Under the pieces are notes generated by a model. It made no database searches, was not told where the DNA came from, and saw nothing but the letters and a program-made list of their open reading frames with translations. Below, piece after piece: positions 17,757 to 25,399 of a DNA stretch of 64,000 nucleotides. The stretch comes from a virus. Lineage: Duplodnaviria > Heunggongvirae > Uroviricota > Caudoviricetes. The DNA lies in the IMG/VR virus record IMGVR_UViG_3300001687_000010; one strand, written 5' to 3'. Made by a program: the position numbers and the translations under genes. How positions within the stretch are numbered: the first letter of the stretch is position 1; each line of letters begins with the position of its first letter.

Positions 17757-18647
17757 ATGAGCGGTCAAGATAAAATTTTTGAGATGGTTACGGATACCAT
17801 CGTAAACAAACTGGAAGAGGGAACGATTCCGTGGCATAAGCCGTGGACGGGTACAATCGGTATGCCTCGCAATCTGGTTAGCAACAAAAACTATCGGGGC
17901 ATTAACATCCTTTTATTAGGGCTTCAGGGTTACGGCTCACCGTACTGGGTTTCTTTTAGGCAAGCGAGTAAACTCGGTGGCCATATTAGAAAGGGTGAGG
18001 CCGGTACGATTATCGTTTTCTGGAAATGGTTTGAAAAGGAAGAAGAAGTTGTAAACCCTGATACTGGGCTTACCGAAATTAAAAAGGTTAATATCCCGTT
18101 TTTACGTTATTACAGGGTATGGAACGTTGAGCAATGCGAAGGGCTAAAACATAAACGGTTAGAACCGCAGACCGATGGGCGAGAAGTTGAAGTTAATACC
18201 ACTGCGGAAACCATCTGGGACGGATGGGAGCATCCCGAAGTAAGAACAAACGGGGGACGGGCGTTTTACCATATAGGGGATGATTATATAGGTATGCCCG
18301 AACAAGCCACCTTCGATACCGATGACGATTATTACTCAACCCTGTTCCACGAAGGCATCCATAGTACAGGGCATCCTGACCGATTAAATAGACCGAGTAT
18401 CGTAAGGGATAAGGATTATGGCGTAGACGATTATAGCAAGGAAGAACTGGTAGCCGAAATAGGGGCTTGCTACCTTGCTACGATGGTCGGAATCGAGCGC
18501 ACGATTGATAACTCGGTTGCTTATATTAATGGATGGCTTAACAAACTTAAAAGCGACAAGCGGATGGTGGTATATGCAGCTGCTCAAGCCGAAAAAGCGG
18601 CCGAATATATTTTAAACAACGGGAAGGGAGAAACCGATAATGAGTAA
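17757..18647 (+). CDS. ardC: ArdC-like antirestriction protein (N-terminal ssDNA-binding domain + zincin-like MPTase domain)
   Basis: IPWHKPW, NLVSNKNYRGIN, WVSFRQA, YYSTLFHEGIHSTGH and YSKEELVAEIGA motifs. Confidence 0.9.
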   Translation: MSGQDKIFEMVTDTIVNKLEEGTIPWHKPWTGTIGMPRNLVSNKNYRGINILLLGLQGYGSPYWVSFRQASKLGGHIRKGEAGTIIVFWKWFEKEEEVVNPDTGLTEIKKVNIPFLRYYRVWNVEQCEGLKHKRLEPQTDGREVEVNTTAETIWDGWEHPEVRTNGGRAFYHIGDDYIGMPEQATFDTDDDYYSTLFHEGIHSTGHPDRLNRPSIVRDKDYGVDDYSKEELVAEIGACYLATMVGIERTIDNSVAYINGWLNKLKSDKRMVVYAAAQAEKAAEYILNNGKGETDNE

Positions 18648-18912
18648 TATGCGACCTACCATAAAGGAGATGGAACAAGCGGTAATAGAGCATCAGGAGC
18701 ATATGGAAAAAATCCTTAACGAAGAACGTGCTCGAAAACTGGAAGAAGAACTGGACGCCATACCTTCCCTTGAAGAAGAACGTGACGAGATTCGGGAAGG
18801 CGCACATAAAATTATGAGGGTATGGGCTTCTAAAAAGGGACGGGAATTCTTTATCCCCAACCATCCTGACGTTATCGCAAAATACGAGAAAGAAGGATAC
18901 GAGATATGTTAG
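18640..18912 (+). CDS. Coiled-coil hypothetical protein
   Basis: Translationally coupled ORF with SD GGAG. Confidence 0.6.
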   Translation: MSNMRPTIKEMEQAVIEHQEHMEKILNEERARKLEEELDAIPSLEEERDEIREGAHKIMRVWASKKGREFFIPNHPDVIAKYEKEGYEIC

Positions 18913-19130
18913 AATTTAAAAACAAAATGGCATCCGCAACATTCGGTATAATGCTAACGGAAGCATGGGACAGGAAAATCTGCATTAAATGCCAGAACCC
19001 GATGTGGAAGATGCGTTTAACCCAGTTCGATATAAAGGAATGGAAAATTAGTGGACTCTGCCCGACCTGTTGGGGTGAGATTATGGGCGCAATCGAAACC
19101 ATAGACGCAAATGAAGATAATAACACTTAA
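18906..19130 (+). CDS. Small zinc-finger protein
   Basis: CIKC...CPTC. Confidence 0.65.
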   Translation: MLEFKNKMASATFGIMLTEAWDRKICIKCQNPMWKMRLTQFDIKEWKISGLCPTCWGEIMGAIETIDANEDNNT

Positions 19131-19277
19131 TCCACAATATAATATACCGGAGCTAAAGGAAAAAATCCGACAGGTCGTCCGTGAGCATACGGGTACTAAA
19201 GAAGATATATATATTAGCGTTATATATTATGAAGCGCATACGTTTAAAAAACCACCTAAAAAGAAAGGAAGAAAAAA

Positions 19278-19460
19278 ATGATTAAAAAGACTATCACGGT
19301 AACGGATTTAAGGAACGTAAACGGTGATTCGGATGCATCTTTTAAGGTTGCGAAGATTACAAATTCCGTGGATTATACAATCGATGAATATATGTCCGTG
19401 GATGAAGTTCAGGTTCTTTGCAACAAACCCGACTGGACGGTTAACATTGTTGGACGGTAA
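19278..19460 (+). CDS. Hypothetical protein
   Basis: ORF track; coupled to an upstream small ORF. Confidence 0.5.
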   Translation: MIKKTITVTDLRNVNGDSDASFKVAKITNSVDYTIDEYMSVDEVQVLCNKPDWTVNIVGR

Positions 19461-19598
19461 GGGGGGGGATTGTTATGCGGTTTACAAAAGCGGAAACCAA
19501 AATACTTAAAAAACTGGTCGCCGGATTATCGTGGGATGTTAGAAATCTATCCCAAGCCGAAAAAAGGATAATTAAAAAAATATTAGCAAAATAGTTTA

Positions 19599-19627
19599 TT
19601 TACAATTTCCTCATTATATAGTATAAT
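19599..19627 (+). promoter_or_regulatory. sigma70-like promoter for the Ro60-like locus
   Basis: TTTACA-N17-TATAAT; the predicted start at ~19634 lies just before hairpin R1. Confidence 0.8.
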
Positions 19628-19641
19628 GGTACTTTATTTCA

Positions 19642-19699
19642 AGGTTGGTTACAGCAATCAATAAAACATTACCTTTGAATAATGATGAATACCAACCTG
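19642..19699 (+). ncRNA. Y-RNA-like hairpin R1 (putative)
   Basis: AGGTTGG/CCAACCT 7-bp terminal stem, TTA-CAGCAA, inner stem CATTA/TAATG with loop CCTTTGAA. Confidence 0.6.
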
Positions 19700-19724
19700 T
19701 ACTCACTTCTTAGGGGGAAATATC

Positions 19725-21182
19725 ATGAAAACAAAAGAAGGTGCATTCGCACATAACCATTCTTACAACCACGCACTTGAATTTTTTAGCAAAGCCGGTT
19801 CTCTTTTTAATAAAAGGGGAAGCTTTTATGGCAAACAGGCTACGGCAGTCGAATTGTTTAAGCCTGCATGGGCTGAAGACCCAGAGGTAGCTTTAAAACT
19901 TGCCTTATGGCTTCGTGACTGCCGAGGTGGAGCAGGGAATCGTTCAGGCGGACGTGAATGCTTTCGTTATATAGCCCAAACTGACCCTGAATGGTTAGCG
20001 GTAAACCTAAAACAACTTCCCGATTTAGGTCGATGGGATGACCTACGAGCAGTATATGGTACGCAGTTAGAAGCTGATGCGGCTCAAATGTGGGCAGTTG
20101 CTATTAGGGATGAAAATGTTCTGGCTGCAAAATGGGCGGATAGAAACAAGGACAATCCAGTCCGTCAATTTATGGGTCTATCTAAAGCCGATTTTAGACG
20201 CTTACTCGCAAGGGTGCGTCAAAGCCATATCGTTGAGACCAAAATGTGCCGTAAGGAATATAACGCTATTAATTATGAGACCGTTCCGTCTGTGGCGATG
20301 TCCAGATATACTAACGCCTTTAAGAAAAACGACCCTGAACGATTTGAAGAATTTAAGAGTAAAATCGAAAAGGGTGAGGCTAAAGTACACGCCGATGTTC
20401 TGTTTCCGCACGACTGCGTTAGAACCGCAAGACACGGTGATAGAAAAATGGCCGATGCTCAATTCGATGCGTTGCCGAATTATTTAGACGGTACGGACGA
20501 AAAGATTATCGTTATATCCGATACATCTGGCTCGATGGGAACAGTGGTGGCTGGTTCTGTATGTGCAATGGACGTATCGCAAGGTATGGCTTTATATTGC
20601 TCAAGCAGATTGCCAGAGGATAGTCCGTTCTATAAACGCTTTATCGGATTTTGCTCTGAAGGTACGTTTAAGGAATGGCGTGGGATGACCTTCTCACAGG
20701 CTGTGCATAACCGTAAGGTATTTGATGGGGCTGTTGGCTCAACCCGTATTGACTTGGCCTTGGATTTAATTCTCGATATTGCCAAAAAACGTAATATTGA
20801 CCAGTCATTAATGCCGACAACTTTGCTTATCGTATCGGATATGCAGTTCCATCAAGGTGCTCGCCCTGCCAAATCAGCGTCCAGACATAATTACAATTAC
20901 TGGTATGATGAAGCAGATGCGAAAAGTGCCGGGGTTATAGATACCGAAGTTGAAATGTGTTTAACCCACTGGGACGAGGCCGGTTATATAAGACCTAAAA
21001 TTGTATACTGGAATACCGCAGGATATAGCGGACAACAGGCTACGGTTGAGGGCAGAAACGTGGGCTTAATATCAGGTTTTAGCCCAAGTGTATTAAAGGC
21101 GATATTCGGTGGTACGGATTTTTCACCTTTAGGTATTATGATGAGGGCTTTAGAAAAATACCAAGTAGAATCGCCTATATAA
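19725..21182 (+). CDS. TROVE + vWA domain protein (DUF2828 / Ro60-related RNA-binding protein)
   Basis: WLRDCRGGAGNR, GRWDDL, LAAKWADR, LFPHD, MIDAS-like DTSGSM, IVSDMQF, IVYWN and ISGFSP motifs. Confidence 0.85.
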   Translation: MKTKEGAFAHNHSYNHALEFFSKAGSLFNKRGSFYGKQATAVELFKPAWAEDPEVALKLALWLRDCRGGAGNRSGGRECFRYIAQTDPEWLAVNLKQLPDLGRWDDLRAVYGTQLEADAAQMWAVAIRDENVLAAKWADRNKDNPVRQFMGLSKADFRRLLARVRQSHIVETKMCRKEYNAINYETVPSVAMSRYTNAFKKNDPERFEEFKSKIEKGEAKVHADVLFPHDCVRTARHGDRKMADAQFDALPNYLDGTDEKIIVISDTSGSMGTVVAGSVCAMDVSQGMALYCSSRLPEDSPFYKRFIGFCSEGTFKEWRGMTFSQAVHNRKVFDGAVGSTRIDLALDLILDIAKKRNIDQSLMPTTLLIVSDMQFHQGARPAKSASRHNYNYWYDEADAKSAGVIDTEVEMCLTHWDEAGYIRPKIVYWNTAGYSGQQATVEGRNVGLISGFSPSVLKAIFGGTDFSPLGIMMRALEKYQVESPI

Positions 21183-21191
21183 ACGATTTGA

Positions 21192-21259
21192 AGGATGGAT
21201 TCAGCAAACCATACAACATAGAAGACTAATAATCTTTAATTGTTACCACCACCATCCTG
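21192..21259 (+). ncRNA. Y-RNA-like hairpin R2 (putative)
   Basis: AGGATGG/CCATCCT 7-bp stem, ATT-CAGCAA, inner stem GAAGA/TCTTT with 7-nt loop CTAATAA. Confidence 0.6.
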
Positions 21260-21285
21260 AAAGTTACAACCCTTAGAGATATTTA

Positions 21286-21343
21286 AGACTGGGTTCAGCA
21301 AACCACTATGACGCATAGATAGGGAACTGTCGGAACCAGTCTG
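21286..21343 (+). ncRNA. Y-RNA-like hairpin R3 (putative)
   Basis: AGACTGG/CCAGTCT 7-bp stem, GTT-CAGCAA, inner hairpins CTATG/CATAG and ATAG-GGAA-CTGT. Confidence 0.6.
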
Positions 21344-21382
21344 AGTAATACCAGATGGTTCCCTATCACTCAACTCCTTTCT

Positions 21383-21409
21383 GGGGATGGTTTCGGCCAT
21401 CCCCTTTTT
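21383..21409 (+). terminator. Intrinsic terminator closing the Ro60-like/hairpin transcript
   Basis: GGGGATGG-TTTCGG-CCATCCCC followed by TTTTT. Confidence 0.85.
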
Positions 21410-21450
21410 GTTTCTATTTACAACTCCTAAAAAATATGTTACAATATATA

Positions 21451-21511
21451 GAAAAAAAGTGAAAAAAGACTCAAGTTTTCTCTTGACTGGCCGATATTCC
21501 TGTTGTAACAT
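21451..21511 (+). promoter_or_regulatory. Strong early promoter, extended class (copy 2)
   Basis: gaaaaaaagtgaaaaaagactcaagttttctcTTGACT-N17-TAACAT. Confidence 0.75.
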
Positions 21512-21541
21512 ACAGGTATAACCTAAAAAAAGGAGATAAAA

Positions 21542-21871
21542 ATGAGCCATTTAGTTGATAACGATTTAGATTATTTTTTATGCGATGACTGCGGAGCGGC
21601 TTTTTCCGTATTTAACGAGATTTTTAGCACGGGTTACGTTAAAAGAACCATTAGCCCGACTAATATGCTGTTTAGGGGAGTATGCACGGCTTGCGGTTCT
21701 CCACGTATTTTTGCTGACCCTGCCGCTGATTACGAAGATGAAGACCCGGCCGATAGCATTGCGCCTAACGAGAATGAAGAAGATGACATGAGTTACGAAG
21801 AAATGTTTGAACGGTCGGCGGCCTTTAACGATATTAATGATATGATAGCGGAGATGAGAAATGACCTATAA
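21542..21871 (+). CDS. Zinc-ribbon protein with acidic C-terminus
   Basis: CDDC...CTAC; SD AGGAG. Confidence 0.7.
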   Translation: MSHLVDNDLDYFLCDDCGAAFSVFNEIFSTGYVKRTISPTNMLFRGVCTACGSPRIFADPAADYEDEDPADSIAPNENEEDDMSYEEMFERSAAFNDINDMIAEMRNDL

Positions 21872-22184
21872 CCTTTATAAAATTAGGGTACATGATACGC
21901 TTTACCTTTGTGACGATACGACCCTTGCCGATGTTAGGGCTATCGCAATTAAAGCCTTAAAACAGGGACGGGAAGTTAAATGGTTTGACGGCAGAACCCA
22001 ATGGTTAAGTTGGGATGTTGTTTTAGACCTTGACAAACACGCTTCCGATATATATACTTGGGATAAATCGTATGACAGGGTTTTGCATGAGGTGATTTTG
22101 CATACCAAAGCAAAGGATAAAAACGCACCACTCGATGGCGAAATAACCCATCGTAAAATCGGGGAAGTTTACCGTAAATTTTAA
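21861..22184 (+). CDS. Hypothetical protein
   Basis: Coupled ORF. Confidence 0.6.
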   Translation: MTYNLYKIRVHDTLYLCDDTTLADVRAIAIKALKQGREVKWFDGRTQWLSWDVVLDLDKHASDIYTWDKSYDRVLHEVILHTKAKDKNAPLDGEITHRKIGEVYRKF

Positions 22185-22195
22185 GGGAGATAAAA

Positions 22196-22576
22196 ATGAA
22201 TACATTCGCTAAAATGACAAAAGCCAAAAAAGGCGAACTGGAAGTTGCCCTTGCGGAATATCTGCATAGGTTAACCGGACTCGATGATGTTAGGGTATCG
22301 GTTGAAGTTGACCGCACGGATAATAAGGGTGAATATTTATCCGTTGAATCCAATGAACTGGCGAGCTACCAATATCCGAAAATGTTTAAAAGCCTAAAGG
22401 TCGGTTCCTTTGGTGGGGGATGGGTTCCTGATTTTAAAAGAAATGAAGATGTATACTGGGTTCCGCTTCGATATCGCTACGAGCATTTTAGTGGTGGACG
22501 TAACGGCTCAGAAATCGCCACCTTCTGGATTGCTAAAGATGGCACCATCGTTAACTATAAAAACGAACTGGAGTAA
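22196..22576 (+). CDS. Hypothetical phage protein
   Basis: SD GGGAG; GSFGG and YRYEHFSGGRNG motifs. Confidence 0.7.
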   Translation: MNTFAKMTKAKKGELEVALAEYLHRLTGLDDVRVSVEVDRTDNKGEYLSVESNELASYQYPKMFKSLKVGSFGGGWVPDFKRNEDVYWVPLRYRYEHFSGGRNGSEIATFWIAKDGTIVNYKNELE

Positions 22577-22578
22577 AA

Positions 22579-22761
22579 ATGGCTAAAAGAAACGGCACAT
22601 GGATTCCTGAGATTAAGGTTTATTGTAAAGAATGTGGTGACTGGGTAAAAGAGTCCGATACCGAATTTGTAGATATCGCAGAGGATATTCAAGGTGCGGA
22701 CATTTTGACCTTCGTTTGCCCGTTTTGTAATACCGTACAAAAATCAAGGAGATACGGATAA
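22579..22761 (+). CDS. Small zinc-ribbon protein
   Basis: CKEC...CPFC. Confidence 0.65.
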   Translation: MAKRNGTWIPEIKVYCKECGDWVKESDTEFVDIAEDIQGADILTFVCPFCNTVQKSRRYG

Positions 22762-23126
22762 TGAATAACGAAGGATTTACCCTTATAGAGCTAATAGCCG
22801 TTATGATAGTTTTAGCGGTTATGGCTACCATAGCCATTGTTAAGTTTATTGACTTTGACGATACGGCTGAACAACAAGCTCTTAATACGGCTATCCGAAT
22901 CCTTAACACTAACGAAAAAATGGTCTGGTCGGATATAAAGATTAGTACGGGATGGGTTGGTGATGAGGAGACGGCTTCAGCCGTGGAATATGATTTAGGG
23001 GATAAATTCAAGTGGCTTAATGGCCCGAATCTGGATGGCGGAATTTTGGGAATGACTTCCGCAAAAGTTAACCTAAAACGGAGTCCGTCCACTAACGCAA
23101 ATCCTGCTATATGGGAAAGAATATGA
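22761..23126 (+). CDS. Type IV pilin-like protein (class III signal peptide)
   Basis: MNNEG|FTLIELIAVMIVLAVMATIAI, a canonical prepilin cleavage/N-methylation motif with E5. Confidence 0.85.
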   Translation: MNNEGFTLIELIAVMIVLAVMATIAIVKFIDFDDTAEQQALNTAIRILNTNEKMVWSDIKISTGWVGDEETASAVEYDLGDKFKWLNGPNLDGGILGMTSAKVNLKRSPSTNANPAIWERI

Positions 23127-23287
23127 AAACTTTAATCGCTTTAATGTTTGCTTTTTTAATCGGGTGTGCTCATAATCCCACTCCGGTTAGTCATGAGGTT
23201 GTTATTAAGTTTGAAAGCGAGATTCCGATTAATGTATCGGTATATAAAAGTTGTGAAGGTAATTGGAATTTTTGTAAATGGCAATAA
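23123..23287 (+). CDS. Small lipoprotein (54 aa)
   Basis: Not in the track. MKTLIALMFAFLIG-C lipobox; ATGA overlap with the pilin stop codon. Confidence 0.65.
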   Translation: MKTLIALMFAFLIGCAHNPTPVSHEVVIKFESEIPINVSVYKSCEGNWNFCKWQ

Positions 23288-23305
23288 AAGTTAAAGGAAT
23301 AAAAA

Positions 23306-23497
23306 ATGGATAAAATTATTAAAACCATCAAAGCATTTTTTTGGATTTTAACACTCAAACGAGATGATGCTTATAGCGGTGGTTCAGTTCATATTGCTTA
23401 TTTGCATACTGCTGTAAAAGGGCTGATATGGCTATGGGTATGTTTTTTTGGTGCAATGTTTTTACGGATTATTATAACCATAGTGGGGTTGTTTTAA
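23306..23497 (+). CDS. Small membrane protein
   Basis: Hydrophobic C-terminal helix; SD AAGGA. Confidence 0.55.
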   Translation: MDKIIKTIKAFFWILTLKRDDAYSGGSVHIAYLHTAVKGLIWLWVCFFGAMFLRIIITIVGLF

Positions 23498-23510
23498 GGA
23501 GAAAATAATC

Positions 23511-23571
23511 GAAAAAAAGTGAAAAAAAGACTCAAGTTTCCCTTGACTTTACCGATATTGTGTTATAGGAT
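23511..23571 (+). promoter_or_regulatory. Strong early promoter, extended class (copy 3)
   Basis: gaaaaaaagtgaaaaaaagactcaagtttcccTTGACT-N17-TAGGAT. Confidence 0.75.
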
Positions 23572-23601
23572 ATAGATATAACATACAAAAGGGAGATAAA
23601 A

Positions 23602-24873
23602 ATGCAACATACCGAAACAATATTAAAATGGAAGGTTGACAAACTTACGGCTAAAATCGACAAACTGAACCGTAAAGCGGTCAAACTCGGTTGCGAACCC
23701 ATCGACCTAAAAATCGATAACGAGCACATCCTTGAATACTGGGATACCTTAGATAACGGCAAAGAGGTTAAAAAGGTTAAGGTTCTGGTTGATGTTACGC
23801 TTACCTATAATATCCCGATAGTAGACGGATGGAAACTGGTTTGTAACTTCGATGCGGCTCCTAAAGAGGATACCGGAGAACTTGTTATTTTTACGAGCAA
23901 GGTTCCTGACGAAGAATTACCGGAAGCCTTCCTTAATAAAAATGAAATTCACTGCGACCACTGCGGTCATAACCGTTTTCGTAAAAAATCTTACCTGATG
24001 CGCAACATCGACTCCGGTGAATACAAAGAGGTGGGGAGCACTTGCGTAAAAGATTTTTTCGGCCATGACCCTAAAGGCTTTTTGCTATACGCCGCAATCG
24101 ATTTTGAAGGCGTTATAAACGATATAGAATATGACGACCATAGAGACCCTTGCGGTTACGGTTACGATGGTGGAATCCATTTACCGACTTATTTAGCAAC
24201 CGCTTCAGCCGTTATTAGAGAATACGGTTGGGTTAGCAAGGGCAAGGCTTGGAAGGTATGGCAAGAAGAAGAACGCCACATCGAATCTACCGCTTCTCAA
24301 ATTATAACGGAAATTTATCCGCCTCGCCCGATTCCCCGTAACTGGAAGTTTGTTGAGGTTACGGAAGCCGATATGGAATTAGCCGAAGCCTGTATCCTTT
24401 ATTTTAAGGATATTGACCCCAAAGATAACGATTACCTTGCTAACTGCCAGAAGGTAGCCGATATCGGATACGTTATCCGCAAGATGGAAGGCGTAGCGGC
24501 TTCGATGATACCGACTTATAAACGGACTCTGCTTACCGAAGAAGAATTAAAGCGGAAACAGGAGCGCAAGGTTAGCAATTATATCGGTGAAGTAGGCCAG
24601 CGCATAGAGAACGTAAAAGTTGAATGCGTATATACCTTAGAAGTTGCGAGCGACTTCGGTACGAGCGTCCTTTACATTTTAGTAGATGAGGACGGTAACG
24701 TATACAAAACCTTTTATAGCGGATACAAATGGAGCATGGTTAAAGGCGACAAAGGGACGCTTAAAGGTACGGTTAAAAAGCACGAAGAATATAAAAACGA
24801 AAAAAATACGATGCTTACTCGGGTACAGATTACCGATATTATTACGCCAGAAGGGGAGCACGTAGAATCATAG
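23602..24873 (+). CDS. Conserved phage protein with a Zn site (CDHC...VGSTC) and a probable C-terminal OB fold
   Basis: CDHCGHNRFRKKSY and VGSTCVKDF motifs; C-terminal GTVKKHEEYKNEKNTMLTR. Confidence 0.75.
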   Translation: MQHTETILKWKVDKLTAKIDKLNRKAVKLGCEPIDLKIDNEHILEYWDTLDNGKEVKKVKVLVDVTLTYNIPIVDGWKLVCNFDAAPKEDTGELVIFTSKVPDEELPEAFLNKNEIHCDHCGHNRFRKKSYLMRNIDSGEYKEVGSTCVKDFFGHDPKGFLLYAAIDFEGVINDIEYDDHRDPCGYGYDGGIHLPTYLATASAVIREYGWVSKGKAWKVWQEEERHIESTASQIITEIYPPRPIPRNWKFVEVTEADMELAEACILYFKDIDPKDNDYLANCQKVADIGYVIRKMEGVAASMIPTYKRTLLTEEELKRKQERKVSNYIGEVGQRIENVKVECVYTLEVASDFGTSVLYILVDEDGNVYKTFYSGYKWSMVKGDKGTLKGTVKKHEEYKNEKNTMLTRVQITDIITPEGEHVES

Positions 24874-24882
24874 GAGAACGGG

Positions 24883-25095
24883 ATGAGATTAAAAGACGTT
24901 AATATACCGGATACTGATTTAATCGAAAAAATGCGGAAAAAGGTAGCCGAGCGCAAAAACGTAAAAATAAAATATGTTGATTATATAGGCGCACAGGACT
25001 ATGACGATATGGGATGGGGTTTTTATTTTAACATCACAGATAAAAAACATCCCGAGTTTATGTCCACGCTTATGGAAAGGTACAGACCTTTATAA
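24883..25095 (+). CDS. Hypothetical protein
   Basis: SD GGAG. Confidence 0.55.
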   Translation: MRLKDVNIPDTDLIEKMRKKVAERKNVKIKYVDYIGAQDYDDMGWGFYFNITDKKHPEFMSTLMERYRPL

Positions 25096-25173
25096 AATAG
25101 CCTCACAAACGCCACGTGTGGCCGAATTTGGGGTTTAAAAACGACATACCTAAACCGATAAGGGGGATATTAA

Positions 25174-25398
25174 ATGTCCGAGAAACGCTTTAAAGGTTTT
25201 ATTTACCTGATGGTTATGTTTTTAATGATGATGCTTATGGGAACAGTGGTTACAAAAGGTACATATATTAAAAAAACGACCAGAGCAAATCGGCAAACTA
25301 CCGTTTTTGTCGGAAAGGATACGGGAGCATCGATTAAATTTAAAACTATTAAACCGATTCATAAAACCGAAACCCTAATAATGAAAAGGAGTTATTAA
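25174..25398 (+). CDS. Membrane-anchored protein, possible pilin-like leader
   Basis: MSEKRFKG|FIYLMVMFLMMMLMG: basic leader, G|F site, hydrophobic helix, no E5. Confidence 0.55.
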   Translation: MSEKRFKGFIYLMVMFLMMMLMGTVVTKGTYIKKTTRANRQTTVFVGKDTGASIKFKTIKPIHKTETLIMKRSY

Positions 25399-25399
25399 A

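Noticed and set aside
19642-21343. R1-R3 as a CRISPR array or true tRNA genes
   Set aside because: The units are not identical direct repeats with regular spacers, no cas genes are present, and there are no D/T arms (no GGTTCGA) or CCA ends.
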